Shown piece by piece: positions 1 through 11,732 of a stretch of DNA of 64,000 nt. Under the pieces are notes generated by a model, which was not told the DNA's origin, did no database searches, and saw only the letters and a list, made by a program, of their open reading frames with translations. The position numbers and the translations under genes were made by a program. Source of the DNA: Ostrea edulis (taxonomy: Eukaryota); assembly GCF_947568905.1 (NCBI RefSeq), contig NC_079164.1:29698001-29762000 (forward strand), given 5' to 3'. How positions within the stretch are numbered: position 1 is the first letter of the stretch; every line of letters starts with the position of its first letter.

Positions 1-865
1 GCTGTACATTACGGCCACCCCACCCCCTCCAATACTAAGCCTCAAGGGCTACCTAATGTGATAGTGAGTGAATCATCCAGCCCATCATCAATACACCCCC
101 CCCCCCTAAAAGATTCCGCATTTCAACTTACTCCAAAATGAACATAGATTACCCGGAAACTCTAGATAAACCTGTTAGGAAACACCAAAGCAAAAATCTA
201 CAACTAAACCAATTCCAGGTGGATCTTCTGATGTCCTAAAAATATTCGAAGAAAAAACACCTAACTAGCCACAATTCCTACCTCAATACATAAACAAGAG
301 GAACAAACAGAATCTCAGATGGCAAGAAGAAAACACAATTTAAAAAAAACAACAGCAAATTCAACCCCTGAAAAATGTACGGAAAACTTCTTAAATTTCA
401 CTACAAGATACAATATCCATCACTTTATAGCAGAATGAAACTATTCACATAGTGGAGATACATGGTACTTCCTTCTCTTGGACGAGTTTTAGCGGGGGGC
501 CTACATGCTTTCCCATCTCATCTGAACGAATGTACTATCGTACAATATCATTCAACAGAAGAAATCAATTTTCTTGACATTACAATGTGTCACAACTAAA
601 CACGTCCGACACAGTTAAAAAAACAACCCACAATCTGCTTCCAACAACAAAACAGAACTGTATCATTTCACAGACTATTCTTTTAATGCATTATATAATA
701 TGAAATTTCTTGATTGTATTCAATTTGATGCACTATATCTTTTATATAAAAACCTGAGAAACAATTTAAACAAATAACATCATGTGTATTTGTGTTGTTA
801 AGCAATATTGTTTGTAGCAACGTCAGCTGCATTTTTTTTTACTTCACTAAATTCATTTCATGTAT

Positions 866-916
866 AATTGTTCTGATGACGACTGCCCCAAGGTCGAAAC
901 TGGTCAACCAAATAAA
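866..916 (+). ncRNA. Minimal type I hammerhead ribozyme (Penelope-type)
   Basis: CTGATGA (873-879), extra C, stem II GAC/GTC, GAAAC-TG-GTC (896-905), stem I TTGTT/AAC(C)AA, then AATAAA (911-916). Confidence 0.65.
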
Positions 917-1307
917 TTAAACATTGCATTCTCACGATGTGTTGGTGATCTGTTTTATTTCTTAAACTTCAAAAATCGTTCTAGGAAATTAAATTTTTTG
1001 GGTCAAAAATCTATTTGTACCATTTTCTATAATGCAAATGACCAGGTTGATGTGTTCAATCATTTCCTAATTATATAATTCATGTTTACATAACATAAAT
1101 CAAATCACATCCAACTGTGTATTGACTATTTACATCAATCAACAAGTAAACAAATCATGACATGTGCAAGATGACAGGAGGATATAATTTATATTAACGG
1201 AGTGTATGTCTAGGATGTGACGCAATATGAACAGTCTATATATACACACACACGGCATGGTAATGATCAGGGTTATGAAATTGGATTGAATGAGTGACAT
1301 TACAAAC

Positions 1308-1446
1308 CTGCTGCAGCTGTAGCAGCAGACGCTTTTTCCCTGCCCAGATGAATTCTCCGAACAGCTGTGCTTGTCTGTAAACCTCGTGGAACTAGGATAA
1401 AGCATCTTCGAAAGACAACAGGGAAAATCTTTGACGTATGCGCCAT
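1308..1446 (-). CDS. First coding exon of an unidentified mitochondrial-targeted protein, divergent from PDP
   Basis: ATG 1446, MAHTSKIFPVVFRRCFILVPRGLQTSTAVRRIHLGREKASAATAAA (Arg/Ser/Thr-rich, only one acidic residue), ends G|GTTTGT donor at 1307; downstream exons not resolved. Confidence 0.6.
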
Positions 1447-1479
1447 TTCTGGAGATTTGTTTTGCAAACTACCGGAAGT
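1441..1479. promoter_or_regulatory. Bidirectional housekeeping promoter motifs (ETS/GABP, YY1)
   Basis: CCGGAAGT at 1472-1479 and AAATGGCG (minus) over the ATG; the two start codons are 225 bp apart. Confidence 0.5.
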
Positions 1480-1671
1480 AATGATATTCAGGATAATACA
1501 TGACAACTCGTTCTTGAAAAATGTTTGTATTACGAATCATTTGGAGAAAAGGTTGATGAGTTGCATTTACTTGTTTCTACTTTCATTCACCAAAAAGCTC
1601 CTTTTTGTGTATTATTTCATGGATTCTAAAATGCTACACAACTAAACAACGGGTAACTCTTGAAGGGAACT

Positions 1672-3189
1672 ATGATAAGAGCGTGTGCCTTTCTGAGGCG
1701 AAACGTTTCTCTTTCCCCATTGCAAACGATAACCTTGGATAAAACTCGGCATCATGTTTCGCAGTGGCTCCGGCGTCATGCCAGCTCGAAAAACTTCAAA
1801 CGAAACAGAAGCCGAGTACTGGTATCGTTCAAGTCGATGACAAAAATTCCAGACTTGGATTCGTCTGCAAAATTATCCCCACAGCAAGTGACATCCATTT
1901 TAGAGCTTGAACAGAGAAGATTTGACATTCAGGATGGTGCAGTTAAAAGTGTAGACATTAACAGGTTAGCTGCAAACGATCCGATCGAGGACAGGGATGG
2001 ATACGCTAAACTGGCTCCATCAAAGTTTTTGTTTGGTGTTTATGATGGACATGGTGGCTGTTGGTGCTCGAGTGCGGTCAGCGAACGTCTTTTCCACTAC
2101 ATCGCCATCTCCTTAGCCTCATATGACATTCTTGAGGATGTGATGTCTGGAAATTGGGGAATAAACAATCTAGTAAACTGGTTCCAAAAAGAGACTTACT
2201 CTGAAATTTCCCATCGTTTGTATCAACGTGCAATTCTGAGATATGCTCAAGAGTCTTTAGCAGCACATGAGCCTAGTAGTGTTGAGCAGCATCTTAAGGA
2301 TGCGTTTCTGAGGCTGGACCATGACATCATACAGGAGGCCATTCCCTCTGGACAAAATAAAGAGTTCAATACGGACTCCCTTCTCTCGGCCATGGCGGGC
2401 TCTTGTGCAACTCTATCTTACATAGATGATACGGCTCTTTACGTGGCAAATCTAGGCGACTGTCGCGCAGTACTTGGAGTTAATATACAGGACTCGGAGT
2501 ATATTGCTGTGCCACTTTCAAATACACATGATGCTCAGAATGCATCTGAAATTCGTCGAATTTTAGATAAACACAAAAACGAATCGAGTAACATCATAAA
2601 GAATAATCGTCTTTTTGGAGAACTAGCCCCATTACGAGCATTTGGTGATATTAGATACAAAGTGTCATTGACTGAATCAAAGGATTTGGAAAGGTATTTC
2701 AATTCTCCCACTGCTGAAATTCGTGGATACTATGACAATAAAGTTGTACCCCCAAATTATAAAACTCCACCATATTTGATATCTGAGCCAGAGGTGATCC
2801 GTCATAATCTCACTCCAAAAGACAAATTCCTGGTCATTGCTTCAGATGGACTCTTTGATATGTTGTCTCCAGACAAAGTGGTGAAACTTGTGGCTGGTCA
2901 TATCAATGGAAAACAAATCCTGATTGATCCCCAAATAGACACCAGTATGAATCTGAGGGAAATGAATCAATATCTTGTGGAAAGGAAGACCAAGTTGGCC
3001 AACAGGAGTATAGATGACAATGCAGCAACTCATCTGATTCGTAATGCATTAGGCCCGGAGCACAGACAGATCTCATACTACCTCTCTTTACCAGATCAAG
3101 TGTGCCGAACTCAGAGGGACGATATGACAGTAGCAGTTATTTTCTTTGACGGTGATTACATTAGAAACAAAAGCTCTGTAAGAGCATGA
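1672..3189 (+). CDS. PDP1: [Pyruvate dehydrogenase] phosphatase catalytic subunit, mitochondrial (PP2C family), intronless, 505 aa
   Basis: PP2C motifs FGVYDGHGG, AGSCA, LYVANLGDCRAVLG, LAPLRAFGD, TPPYL..EP, FLVIASDGLFD, DDNAATHLIRNALG, RDDMTV; basic presequence; first ATG at 1672 (track starts at TTG 1660); PDP1 versus PDP2 orthology not resolvable. Confidence 0.93.
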   Translation: MIRACAFLRRNVSLSPLQTITLDKTRHHVSQWLRRHASSKNFKRNRSRVLVSFKSMTKIPDLDSSAKLSPQQVTSILELEQRRFDIQDGAVKSVDINRLAANDPIEDRDGYAKLAPSKFLFGVYDGHGGCWCSSAVSERLFHYIAISLASYDILEDVMSGNWGINNLVNWFQKETYSEISHRLYQRAILRYAQESLAAHEPSSVEQHLKDAFLRLDHDIIQEAIPSGQNKEFNTDSLLSAMAGSCATLSYIDDTALYVANLGDCRAVLGVNIQDSEYIAVPLSNTHDAQNASEIRRILDKHKNESSNIIKNNRLFGELAPLRAFGDIRYKVSLTESKDLERYFNSPTAEIRGYYDNKVVPPNYKTPPYLISEPEVIRHNLTPKDKFLVIASDGLFDMLSPDKVVKLVAGHINGKQILIDPQIDTSMNLREMNQYLVERKTKLANRSIDDNAATHLIRNALGPEHRQISYYLSLPDQVCRTQRDDMTVAVIFFDGDYIRNKSSVRA

Positions 3190-3556
3190 TGGGAAACTAC
3201 AGATTTCGCTTTTTTTTTCAACCTGAACTCCGAGTGATCACTAACTCCAGATACTGCAGTTTTGGAATCATCCATGTGTAGTAACCATGTACTGTTGTTC
3301 TGTCATTAAATTGAATTTGTTGTTTAAGTGCTCCACATCTTTTGGCTTGTTGAAGACTATGATATTTCTTCCGATATCTTAGGTATGCTACAGATTTGGT
3401 AACCGTAAAATGTTGTTTCAAACAACTGTTAACTTTGTATGTTTTCATTAAATTTGTATTTTGAACTCAGAATTATTAAAAATGTTCCACATATAAAGCT
3501 ATTGGCTTCTACACTGCATCAACCCTTGAGGAATTAAACAAACTATGCTTTGAGGG

Positions 3557-3730
3557 TTTTTTATGCCCCAGGGGCCTGTAACCAGAGATTTGGGGGCATA
3601 TAGTTTTTTATCTGTCCGTCTGTTTGTCCACAAACTAACCTTGGTCGTAACCTTTAAATGGTTAGTACTAGGGCTTTCATATTTCACAAAGATGTGTATT
3701 TTTTGTGACTAGATTTGTTTTTGGTACCAG
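3557..3730 (+). mobile_element. Helentron-associated element (HINE) 5' fragment
   Basis: TTTTATGCCCC...GGGGGCATA subterminal palindrome followed by tctgtccgtctgt microsatellite. Confidence 0.5.
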
Positions 3731-3909
3731 GATTCTTAAAAATTAATAGGTATCCAGTTTGGTAGATATATTAAGAAACCATTCCTGCAAGTTCGATAAA
3801 AATCGAGAACTATGTCGTCCACACACACACACAATTTCTGTTTTGAAGGGGATACTAAATAATGATTAATGATAGGAATTTAACTTTTAAAGATATTGGT
3901 TGTGGACAT

Positions 3910-3978
3910 CAGCCTATAGGCGAGTGGTTGGAGCACCAGATTAGTAATGCAGGGGGGTCCTGGGTTTGATTCCTGGTC
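3910..3978 (+). repeat. tRNA-derived (Thr-like) SINE head or tRNA pseudogene
   Basis: A-box-like AGGGCGAGTGGTT, loop TTAGTAA, B-box-like GGGTTTGATTCC; no complete cloverleaf. Confidence 0.45.
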
Positions 3979-5439
3979 AATATCTTGTTTGATATACAGG
4001 GTAATTTTCTTCTGTCTAGCATTTATACACAAAAGCTAAAACTGTTATCTTCAATATCTGCATGTTCAAATAAAATTTTAGTATTCCATGGAAAGCAAGA
4101 AAAAATTTTCCTTCAAAAGGAAGTGGGCTGACAAAAGCAAGATATTACAGGAATTGTGGGAAGTTTTAAACTACATTTCACATAATTGTTTTGATATATA
4201 GTTGAATGTACTGCTAACATATGGAAACTGCTGTAAACGCACTGGGAACTTACTACTAGTATTGCAGCACAATCATAATGTTTTGTTGATATCAATTAAA
4301 CAAGATGGTTATAATAAGAAACAAATACATTTACAAAAATTTAACTAAAAACTATGATTGATTTCTTATATCGTAGCTTTATAAGCAAATTTAGAGTACA
4401 GTGAACTATTCTAAACTTTCATTACGCCAGGATATTCCAACATCCACTCCCTCTCAATGTCACAAAGTCCTAACTGTTTTCCTTTAATTCATATTCAGGT
4501 AGTTAGATAATTATATCCCAAAGTTTCACCCGTACATCTAAATCAGGTTTTAAATTGCTCACTGAGCAAGGTCTGTGTATTTGAACTGGTTTGCATTGGT
4601 CAGGTTGGGCGTAGCAGACACAAAGTAGCGGGAAATTCTCAACATTGATATTGCTTCAGACAGATTCTACGATAGCACTTCTGAGGGACAGCGTATTTAC
4701 TTCATTATTGATATTAATTTCAGTTTATTCATAAAACTTCCAAATTTCTTCACTGCAGTTTATTGTTGAATTTGTTGTGTAAAGTTGGTTCAAGTTTGCA
4801 TAATTATTGTTATTTTTGCAAGTACTGCATATAGTTTTTAAGTTTAGAGTATGTGTAAAACTCTATAAATGAGTATACAAGTGACAAGTATTGGTAACAA
4901 TGTTAAAGGAAACAATTGTGTCATACATCAATATATTATGTAGTCAGTAAAGTACATGCACAAGTATATACACCGAGTATATGGAGTAATGAGTAAAGTA
5001 AAAAGTACCTATATTAACAGTGTATCATGTTTGTAGTACAAAAATGCAGTGTAATGATTATGCCTACATATGCACACTAGGTTAAGGTACAATGTCAGAT
5101 AATATTTTGAAATAGTGGAACTTGATATTTATAGATCCCTAACGGGCGGATCCAGGAATTGCGGTTAGGGGGGGGGGGGAACTTCATGAGGCAGGGGGTC
5201 TGGGGGCTGCCTTGAGGCCCCCATTGGGTCCAGGGCAGGAAGCTCCTGGATTTTATAGGGCTTAATATGTGTCTCCTATATTCAGTCATTTGTACTATTT
5301 TCTATCATTTTTTTATACGGTGAAATTAATACAAGAGGCCCATGGGCCTAGAATCACTCTTCTGATACATTGTAGAACAGGCAAAAATTCTCACTAACCA
5401 AGATTCATCAATTAACAAAGTTTGATGATGTTAAGTCAA

Positions 5440-6370
5440 ATAGTACCTGAAAATTTAAATGTAACTGTCCAAAAGTAGGTCACGGTGACCTACTTTTGGT
5501 CGACACACTGAAGACTCAAGATGCATCAACTGACAAAGTTTGATAATTGAAGTCAAATAGTATCTGAAATATTCAGATATAAATGTCAAATTCCAAAAGT
5601 AGGTCACAGTGACCTACTTTTTTGTCGACACACTCTGAAGACTCAAGACCCATCAACTGACAAAGTTTGATTATTGTAAGTCAAATAGTATCTGAAATAT
5701 TCAAATATAGCCGTCAAAATCCAAAAATAGGTCACGGTGACCTACTTTTTAGTCAACACACTCTGAAGACTCAACATGCATCAACTGACAAAGTTTGATA
5801 ATTGTAAGTGAAATAGTATCTGAAATATTAAAATATAGCCGTGAAATTCCAAAAGTAGGTCACGGTGACTATTTTTTGGTCAACAAACTATGAAGGCTCA
5901 AGATGTATCAAATGACAAAGTTTGATGATCCTAGCTTTCATAGTGTCCAAAATATGCATCTAAAATTGAAAATGTGAAATTTGAATGTCTGCAAAATTCA
6001 AAAAGTAGGTCACTGTGACCTTCTGTTCTTTAAATAAATGTTTTCAGGCCTCTAGACGCATCAACTTACAAGGTTTGATGATTCTAAACCTCTCGGTATC
6101 TGAAATAACAACCTAAAATGTATTCATAAATGATTAGCCATAAAATTCAGAAAGTAGGCCATGGTGACATACTTTTCACATGACATACTTTAGGGTCCCA
6201 TGATCCATCAACTGACAACTTTTGATGATCATAGGCTCAAAAGTGTCCAAGATATGCATCAAAATCCATTTAATAATAATTACCTGCGAAATTCAAAAAG
6301 TAGGTCACCATGACCTACTTTTGAGACAACATGACATCAAGTCCTAAGATGCATCAACTGACAAAATTTG
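5440..6370. repeat. Tandem array, about 7 monomers of 124-150 bp, each with AGTAGGTCACNGTGACCTACT palindrome
   Basis: AGGTCA half-sites at 5477, 5601, 5729, 5857, 6007, about 6156 (degenerate), 6302. Confidence 0.9.
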
Positions 6371-6758
6371 ATGATCCTAGTCCTTATACTAAGCAAAATA
6401 TCAAAGTTTTAACAAAACAAAAGTTAAGGTCAACTTTGAAGTGACCTTGAGACCACACCCTTTGCCCCAGGATGATGCCTTGAACAATTTTTTTTTTTTT
6501 ATCTACAACCTATCCTAATCCTTATGCACAAGTTTGGTGATAATTTGCCCAGTGGTTCTTGAAAAGATTTTTTAGCAACCACTACTTTTTTGTTTGCATT
6601 TTCCTAATTATCTCCCCTTGTTAAAGGGTCACAACCCTAGTTTTAGTACAAATGAAAGCCCTTGGGCCAAGGATACCCTGTGACAAATTTGACAAAAATT
6701 GGCCAAGAGGTTCTTGAGATTTAGCCCTTTTTCCAAAAAGTTGATGCACACCGCACGC

Positions 6759-6847
6759 CAATCTCTACCCAGAGTTATCGTTCCCGCTACGCTCCACTAA
6801 ATACATGTGTTGTAGCGCAGCGTAATGCGCCCTCTGGTGAGAGATTG
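6759..6847. mobile_element. 89-bp MITE with 9-bp TSD
   Basis: TIR CAATCTCTACCCAGAG / CTCTGGTGAGAGATTG; TSD ACCGCACGC on both sides. Confidence 0.85.
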
Positions 6848-6928
6848 ACCGCACGCCAGACATATGGCCATATGATTAGCTCTTTGAGCCTTCGGCTCAG
6901 AAGAGCTAAAAATGACGCAAATTTTAAT

Positions 6929-8316
6929 GGCCCTGTCACACTACATCACGACCTCACTACGTTCTATAATTTTTTTTAGATCTTGGTGAGATCGTAGTGC
7001 GAACGGCATGAATTTGTAATTTTGTCTGTCTTCACGATGTTACGGCGTCCTCACTACGCTCTTATCACGACTCCACTACGATTAAACTACGGCCTTGTTA
7101 CGATTCCACCACGTTCTCACTACGTTCATCAAGTTCTTACTACGCTCCCACTATGTCCATCACGTTCTAACTACACGACTCCCACGACTGCAACACGAGT
7201 TTCCTACGCTTCTGCCACGATTGTATTCTCTTTCTTTTTCACACTAGGCCACGTTCGCACTACGACCATGTAAAAATTGATGATCGTAGTGCGATCGGGT
7301 GCGTCGTAGTAAGGTCTTTATGGTCGTGGAGCAAACAAACGTAGTGCGGTCGTGGTCAAATTTGATCGTAGTGGAAGCGTAGAAAGGACGTACTAAGGTC
7401 GTATTTAGATCGGCATGGTCGTAGTAGCATCGTGATGCAGAAGAAAACGACTGCACTGCGATTCCACTACGCTCTCTATACGACCATCCCGTTTTCACTA
7501 CGTTCTCATTACCAGGGCCGTAAGTAGGGTTCTAAATCAGGGGAGGCAGGGGATTGGGGGCCGCCGATTGACTTTACGACTGAAAATGACACTTTTTAAA
7601 TCCCAATTTATCATGTTTGTGTTTCATTTGTACTATGTAAAGAATCGTAATATGGTGTCAAAGACAAAGGTGCTTGTCTTCATTTTAAACATATATCCTA
7701 TAATATAACATTTATATAATTTTATTTTCTTTTTTGCCAAAAAATCAGACGAGGCAGTTGCCTCGTCTGCCTCATCGGCAGTTACGGCCCTGATTACGAT
7801 CATCCCGTTTGCACTACGTTTTCTTCACGCTTCCGCTACGATCACGGCACGTCCATACTATGTTGTTGAAGACTGTAGTACGTTTCTACCAAGCTCATCC
7901 CGTCCTTAATACGATTTCACTGCGCGCAAGCCACGATCGAATCACGTTCTGTTCTCCCCCACACACTGGTATAAAAACTGAACAAAGGTTGCACATGACC
8001 ATTGCTTCTTTGGAATCATGGAAAGGCCAGACCAAGAAATATTGATGGAGATGTTGATGCATATTCAGTATATGGCACTTAACGACCAAGCTGCTATATT
8101 GTTACTTAGGCGAAGGAGGAGGAGTAAAATCGTGGTGGAATCGTTGTAAGATCGTGGTACAATCGTGGCAGAAGCGTAGGAAACTCGTGTTGCAGTCGTG
8201 GTGAGAGCGTAGTTAGAACGTGATGGACGTAGTGGGAGCGTAGTAAGAACTTGATGAACGTAGTCAGGCGCGTAGACAGAAAGAAAATGATGTGTATGCA
8301 AAGTATGACAAGGGGT
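6929..8316. mobile_element. CpG-rich foldback-type non-autonomous DNA element
   Basis: About 7100-7225 is an inverted copy of about 8150-8270; GGCCCTGTCACACT start with degenerate reverse end. Confidence 0.6.
7513..7792. mobile_element. CAGGG-terminal (hAT-like) MITE nested in the foldback element
   Basis: TIR CAGGGCCGTAA / TTACGGCCCTG. Confidence 0.7.
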
Positions 8317-8478
8317 CTGGGATTGCCATCCTGGGTTTTACCAATACAATCATCTAATTTTGTTCATAGAAACAGGGATTCTTGTCAATTTCCAAACCCC
8401 CAAAAATATACAAAATTATTTTAAAAAGTGTTTTATTATGCCAACTCACCGTGTGTACCTGGACTGAATTTGCATTCG

Positions 8479-8558
8479 TTTTTAGCTCACCTGAACCGAA
8501 AGTTCAAGTGAGCTTTTGTCCGTCGTCTGTCTGTCTGTTAAACTTTTCACATTTTCGA

Positions 8559-8596
<38 letters not shown>

Positions 8597-9373
8597 GTGG
8601 CCAAAAGCATCCTTGGATGAAGGGCTTTCAAGTTTGTTCAAATGAAGGGCCATGTCCCTTTCAAAGGGGAGATAATCACAAAAATGCAAAAATAGGGTGG
8701 GGTCATTTAAAAATCTTCTTCTCAAGAACCACTGGGCCAGAAGAGCTGAACTTTACCTGAAAGCTTTCTGACACATTGCAGATTCAAGTTTGTTCAAATC
8801 ATGGCCCCCGGTGGTAGGATGGGGCCACAAGGGGGGATCAAAATTTTACATACAAATATATAGGGAAAAACTTTAAAAATCTTCTGATGAAGAACCACTA
8901 AGCCAGGAAAGCTGAGATTTACATGAAAGCTTCCTGACATAATGCAGATTCAAGTTTGTTCAAATCATGGGCCCCTGGGGTTGGATGGGGCCACAATAGG
9001 GGATCAAAGTTTTACATACAAATATATAGGAAAAATCTTTAAAAATCTTCTTCTCAAGAACCACTGAGCCAGAAAAGCTGATATTTACATGAAAACTTTC
9101 TGACATAGTGCAGATTCAAGTTTGTTCAAATCATGGCCCCCGGGGATAAGATGGGGCCCCAAGGGGGGATCAAAGTTTTACACACAAATATATAGGGAAA
9201 AACTTTAAAAATCTTCTTCTCAAGAACCATTGGGCCAAAGAAGTTGACATTTACATGAAAGCTTTCTGACATTGTGTAGATTCAAGTTTGCAAAGGGTAG
9301 TTTGGGCCATAATAGGGACTAAGGTTTTACATGCAAATATAAATGGAAAGTCTTCAGATATGGGCCAAGGTGA

Positions 9374-9407
<34 letters not shown>
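8479..9407 (+). mobile_element. HINE with Cg170-type satellite array (about 166-bp monomers)
   Basis: TTTTAGCTCACCTGAACC...GTGAGCTTTT 5' end, monomers at about 8709/8876/9041/9208, GGCCCATGGGCCTCTTGT 3' end. Confidence 0.85.
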
Positions 9408-9410
<3 letters not shown>

Positions 9411-9750
9411 TTGTTGTTTTCGACTGGTATATATGGTAAATGCTACTGATAGCAAAGAATATCCTAATCCGTCTACTACTCGCGTTGCGAGTCTATGTAC
9501 CCCCCCCACCCCCCCTTGAAAAATCCTGCCTATGGGCCTGTTAATGTAAATGTATCCTATGTGCAAAAATAGAAAAGAAATTCATTGTCTTGGTAAATTC
9601 ACGATAATCCCTTGGACCATAACGGACCGTCAACTGGCCATGAGCTTCCGTTGTTGCTACATGCAAACCTTCTGTCCAGTAGCTATGCGATTCTATTATT
9701 GCCAAAAGCAACCTTACTGTTGAGTAGCTATGAATTTCTGCTCTTTAAAA

Positions 9751-10992
9751 AGGGAAAGGCAACCCTAACCATATTGTTGCCTATATGAATAAAGTATTAC
9801 TTACTGATATCGTAAATGACAGTCTTTAACAACAAAAATCCTTGCTTCACAATGAAATCAAAATTAATCTATCATATATTTCAAATTACCCGCTGCTAAG
9901 AGAGCGGACATTGAAGTTTAATTCATTACGGCACACCGTCGGTTCCGGTTTATTTCATCAGCAGCACTGTAAATATAAAAAATCACGAACTGTTAAGTTT
10001 GGAGTCGTATAGATTTGAGCCCGTTCTTTCGCAAGAGGAATTCAAGAAAAGACGTTCAGTCAAGTCGCAGACTAGGCAGATGGTACTAGTTTCTTCATAC
10101 ATGTACATGTCTCAAACCTCAACTTGCCATTACGCAAATGATGGATCCACAGTTTACATAGTATTTTCTTTTCAAATAACTTTTTTGGGTCAGGAATTTC
10201 GGGGGGAAAAAAACTTTTTTCACATCTTCCCTTCACATTAGTGTAATTAACTGCTTGACAAGAAGGCATCCACCTATTTACACATCTTCGGTTTACAATG
10301 CATTTTTAAAATCTACCACATGCACATCTTTGAATCTCATCAAAACCAAATAGATGGTGTGATGTCAAAATTATTGATTTTTGTGGTCTTGAATACAAAA
10401 GAGTTCCGTTTCATGGCAGCCTCTATAGCAATCTCTCACCAGAGGGCGTTACGCTACGCTCCACAACACCTGTTATCGTCTGATTTACAAGAATTTTGTA
10501 AAACAGAGCGTCTTTGAAAATAAAATAAATCTGCATCATTTTCATAAATAAAACATAAATTTATGAGTTAAAAACGCATTGGTAGGTATCGAAACGCTGT
10601 ATTACGTTAGTGTAACCTCCATATTTATGGAACTATTTTGTCTTGTCAAATGTATTAATTTCACTTACACTTCGTAACTATGGACTCTACATAAAAGTAC
10701 ATTAGAAAAACTAGCAAGATTATAATGATGAAAATCTGACATTACACAAAGAACAGAAACATGTCTTTCTGTTGGAGTCAAAGACGCTATTTTGTCCGTG
10801 CGAGACCATGTGAAAGTGAAGCTTGCGTAGCGTGCCCTTTGGTGAGAGAATGCCTCTATAGATGGCGGGAATTTCACAATTTTGAACGTTCTAAAATTAG
10901 GCCCTGTATCAATAGAATAGTATGACAAACCTTTATCATATAATTAATCTTATCATTTATCATGTAAAAAAAATTTTGGGTTGCCTTTCCCT
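9751..10992. mobile_element. Kolobok-type non-autonomous DNA transposon (internal deletion derivative)
   Basis: TIR AGGGAAAGGCAACCC with TTAA flanks; THAP-start remnant MPSCQAVNxTN..SFF on minus (from 10269) and SYRFEP remnant on plus (about 10000). Confidence 0.65.
10429..10852. mobile_element. MITE with 9-bp TSD (same family as 6759) nested in the Kolobok element
   Basis: TIR CAATCTCTCACCAGAGGGC / GCCCTTTGGTGAGAGAATG; TSD CCTCTATAG. Confidence 0.85.
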
Positions 10993-11574
10993 TTAAAGCA
11001 ACTTTTCTGTCAAGTTGGAAAGCACCATCTTTTCATTGTTGAATCTTGATCATTGACATCTACTGAACACAGAAAGAAGTGCAAATTTCTTTTTATTACA
11101 CTTAAGTCATTTGTATTGTATTCATCCACAATTAAGGGAAATTTTGCTGCTGCATGTTAAAATTTACAAACCATCTACATTGTAAATCTCTGATAATCAA
11201 TTAAGATGGATGATTCTCAAAGTAAACTTGGGTTACAACATGAGCATACACATGTATTTACATATTCAGTCAAAACTCTTGCCATTTAAACAAATCATCA
11301 GCGACTCAATTAAAATACATGCAAATATAGACGATTCACATTCTTCAAATGATCATCAGCTTTTGTTAAAAATAAGTTTGGTAAAATCACATTTCACCTC
11401 TTCTAAAATACCAACGCGAATGTCCAATGTTACACTTCTTGCACACAATAATGCGCATCTCTGATTATCAGCTGTAATATGAAAGTTTTTTCCCACATGA
11501 AGAATGACCTAGTTTCCCATTTGTCACAGCGATTCACATGCTGCTGATAATGTCTACAGACTGGCCTTGGAAGG

Positions 11575-11732
11575 TTATCTCATCACGGGCTGCACGTTTG
11601 AGAACATGGAGGTTGGGTATCCTGCCTGGAGGGCCTGTGTGGAAGGGAGCAGTAACTGATTGGCTCTCACTGCATCCGGAAACAGGGAGTGGTAATTAGG
11701 AAGGGGTACGTAAGCCGCGGTTATCATCTTAC
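11575..11732 (-). CDS. RBM39: RBM39 last coding exon
   Basis: GKMITAAYVPLPNYHSLFPD...VMR, TAA at 11577-11575. Confidence 0.93.

Larger units (their letters stand above)
5331..6912 (-). mobile_element. HINE (Helitron-N2-like termini) carrying a non-Cg170 satellite cassette
   Basis: ACAAGAGGCCCATGGGCC 3' end at 5331 and TAGCTCTTTGAGCCTTCGGCTCAGAAGAGCTAAAAA 5' end, resembling the termini of the 8479-9407 element. Confidence 0.75.

Noticed and set aside
200-1070. Several AG...GT micro-exon candidates for the divergent gene
   Set aside because: Could not be chained into a stop-free frame with confidence.
3910-3978. Functional tRNA gene
   Set aside because: Acceptor and T stems do not pair; treated as a derived repeat.
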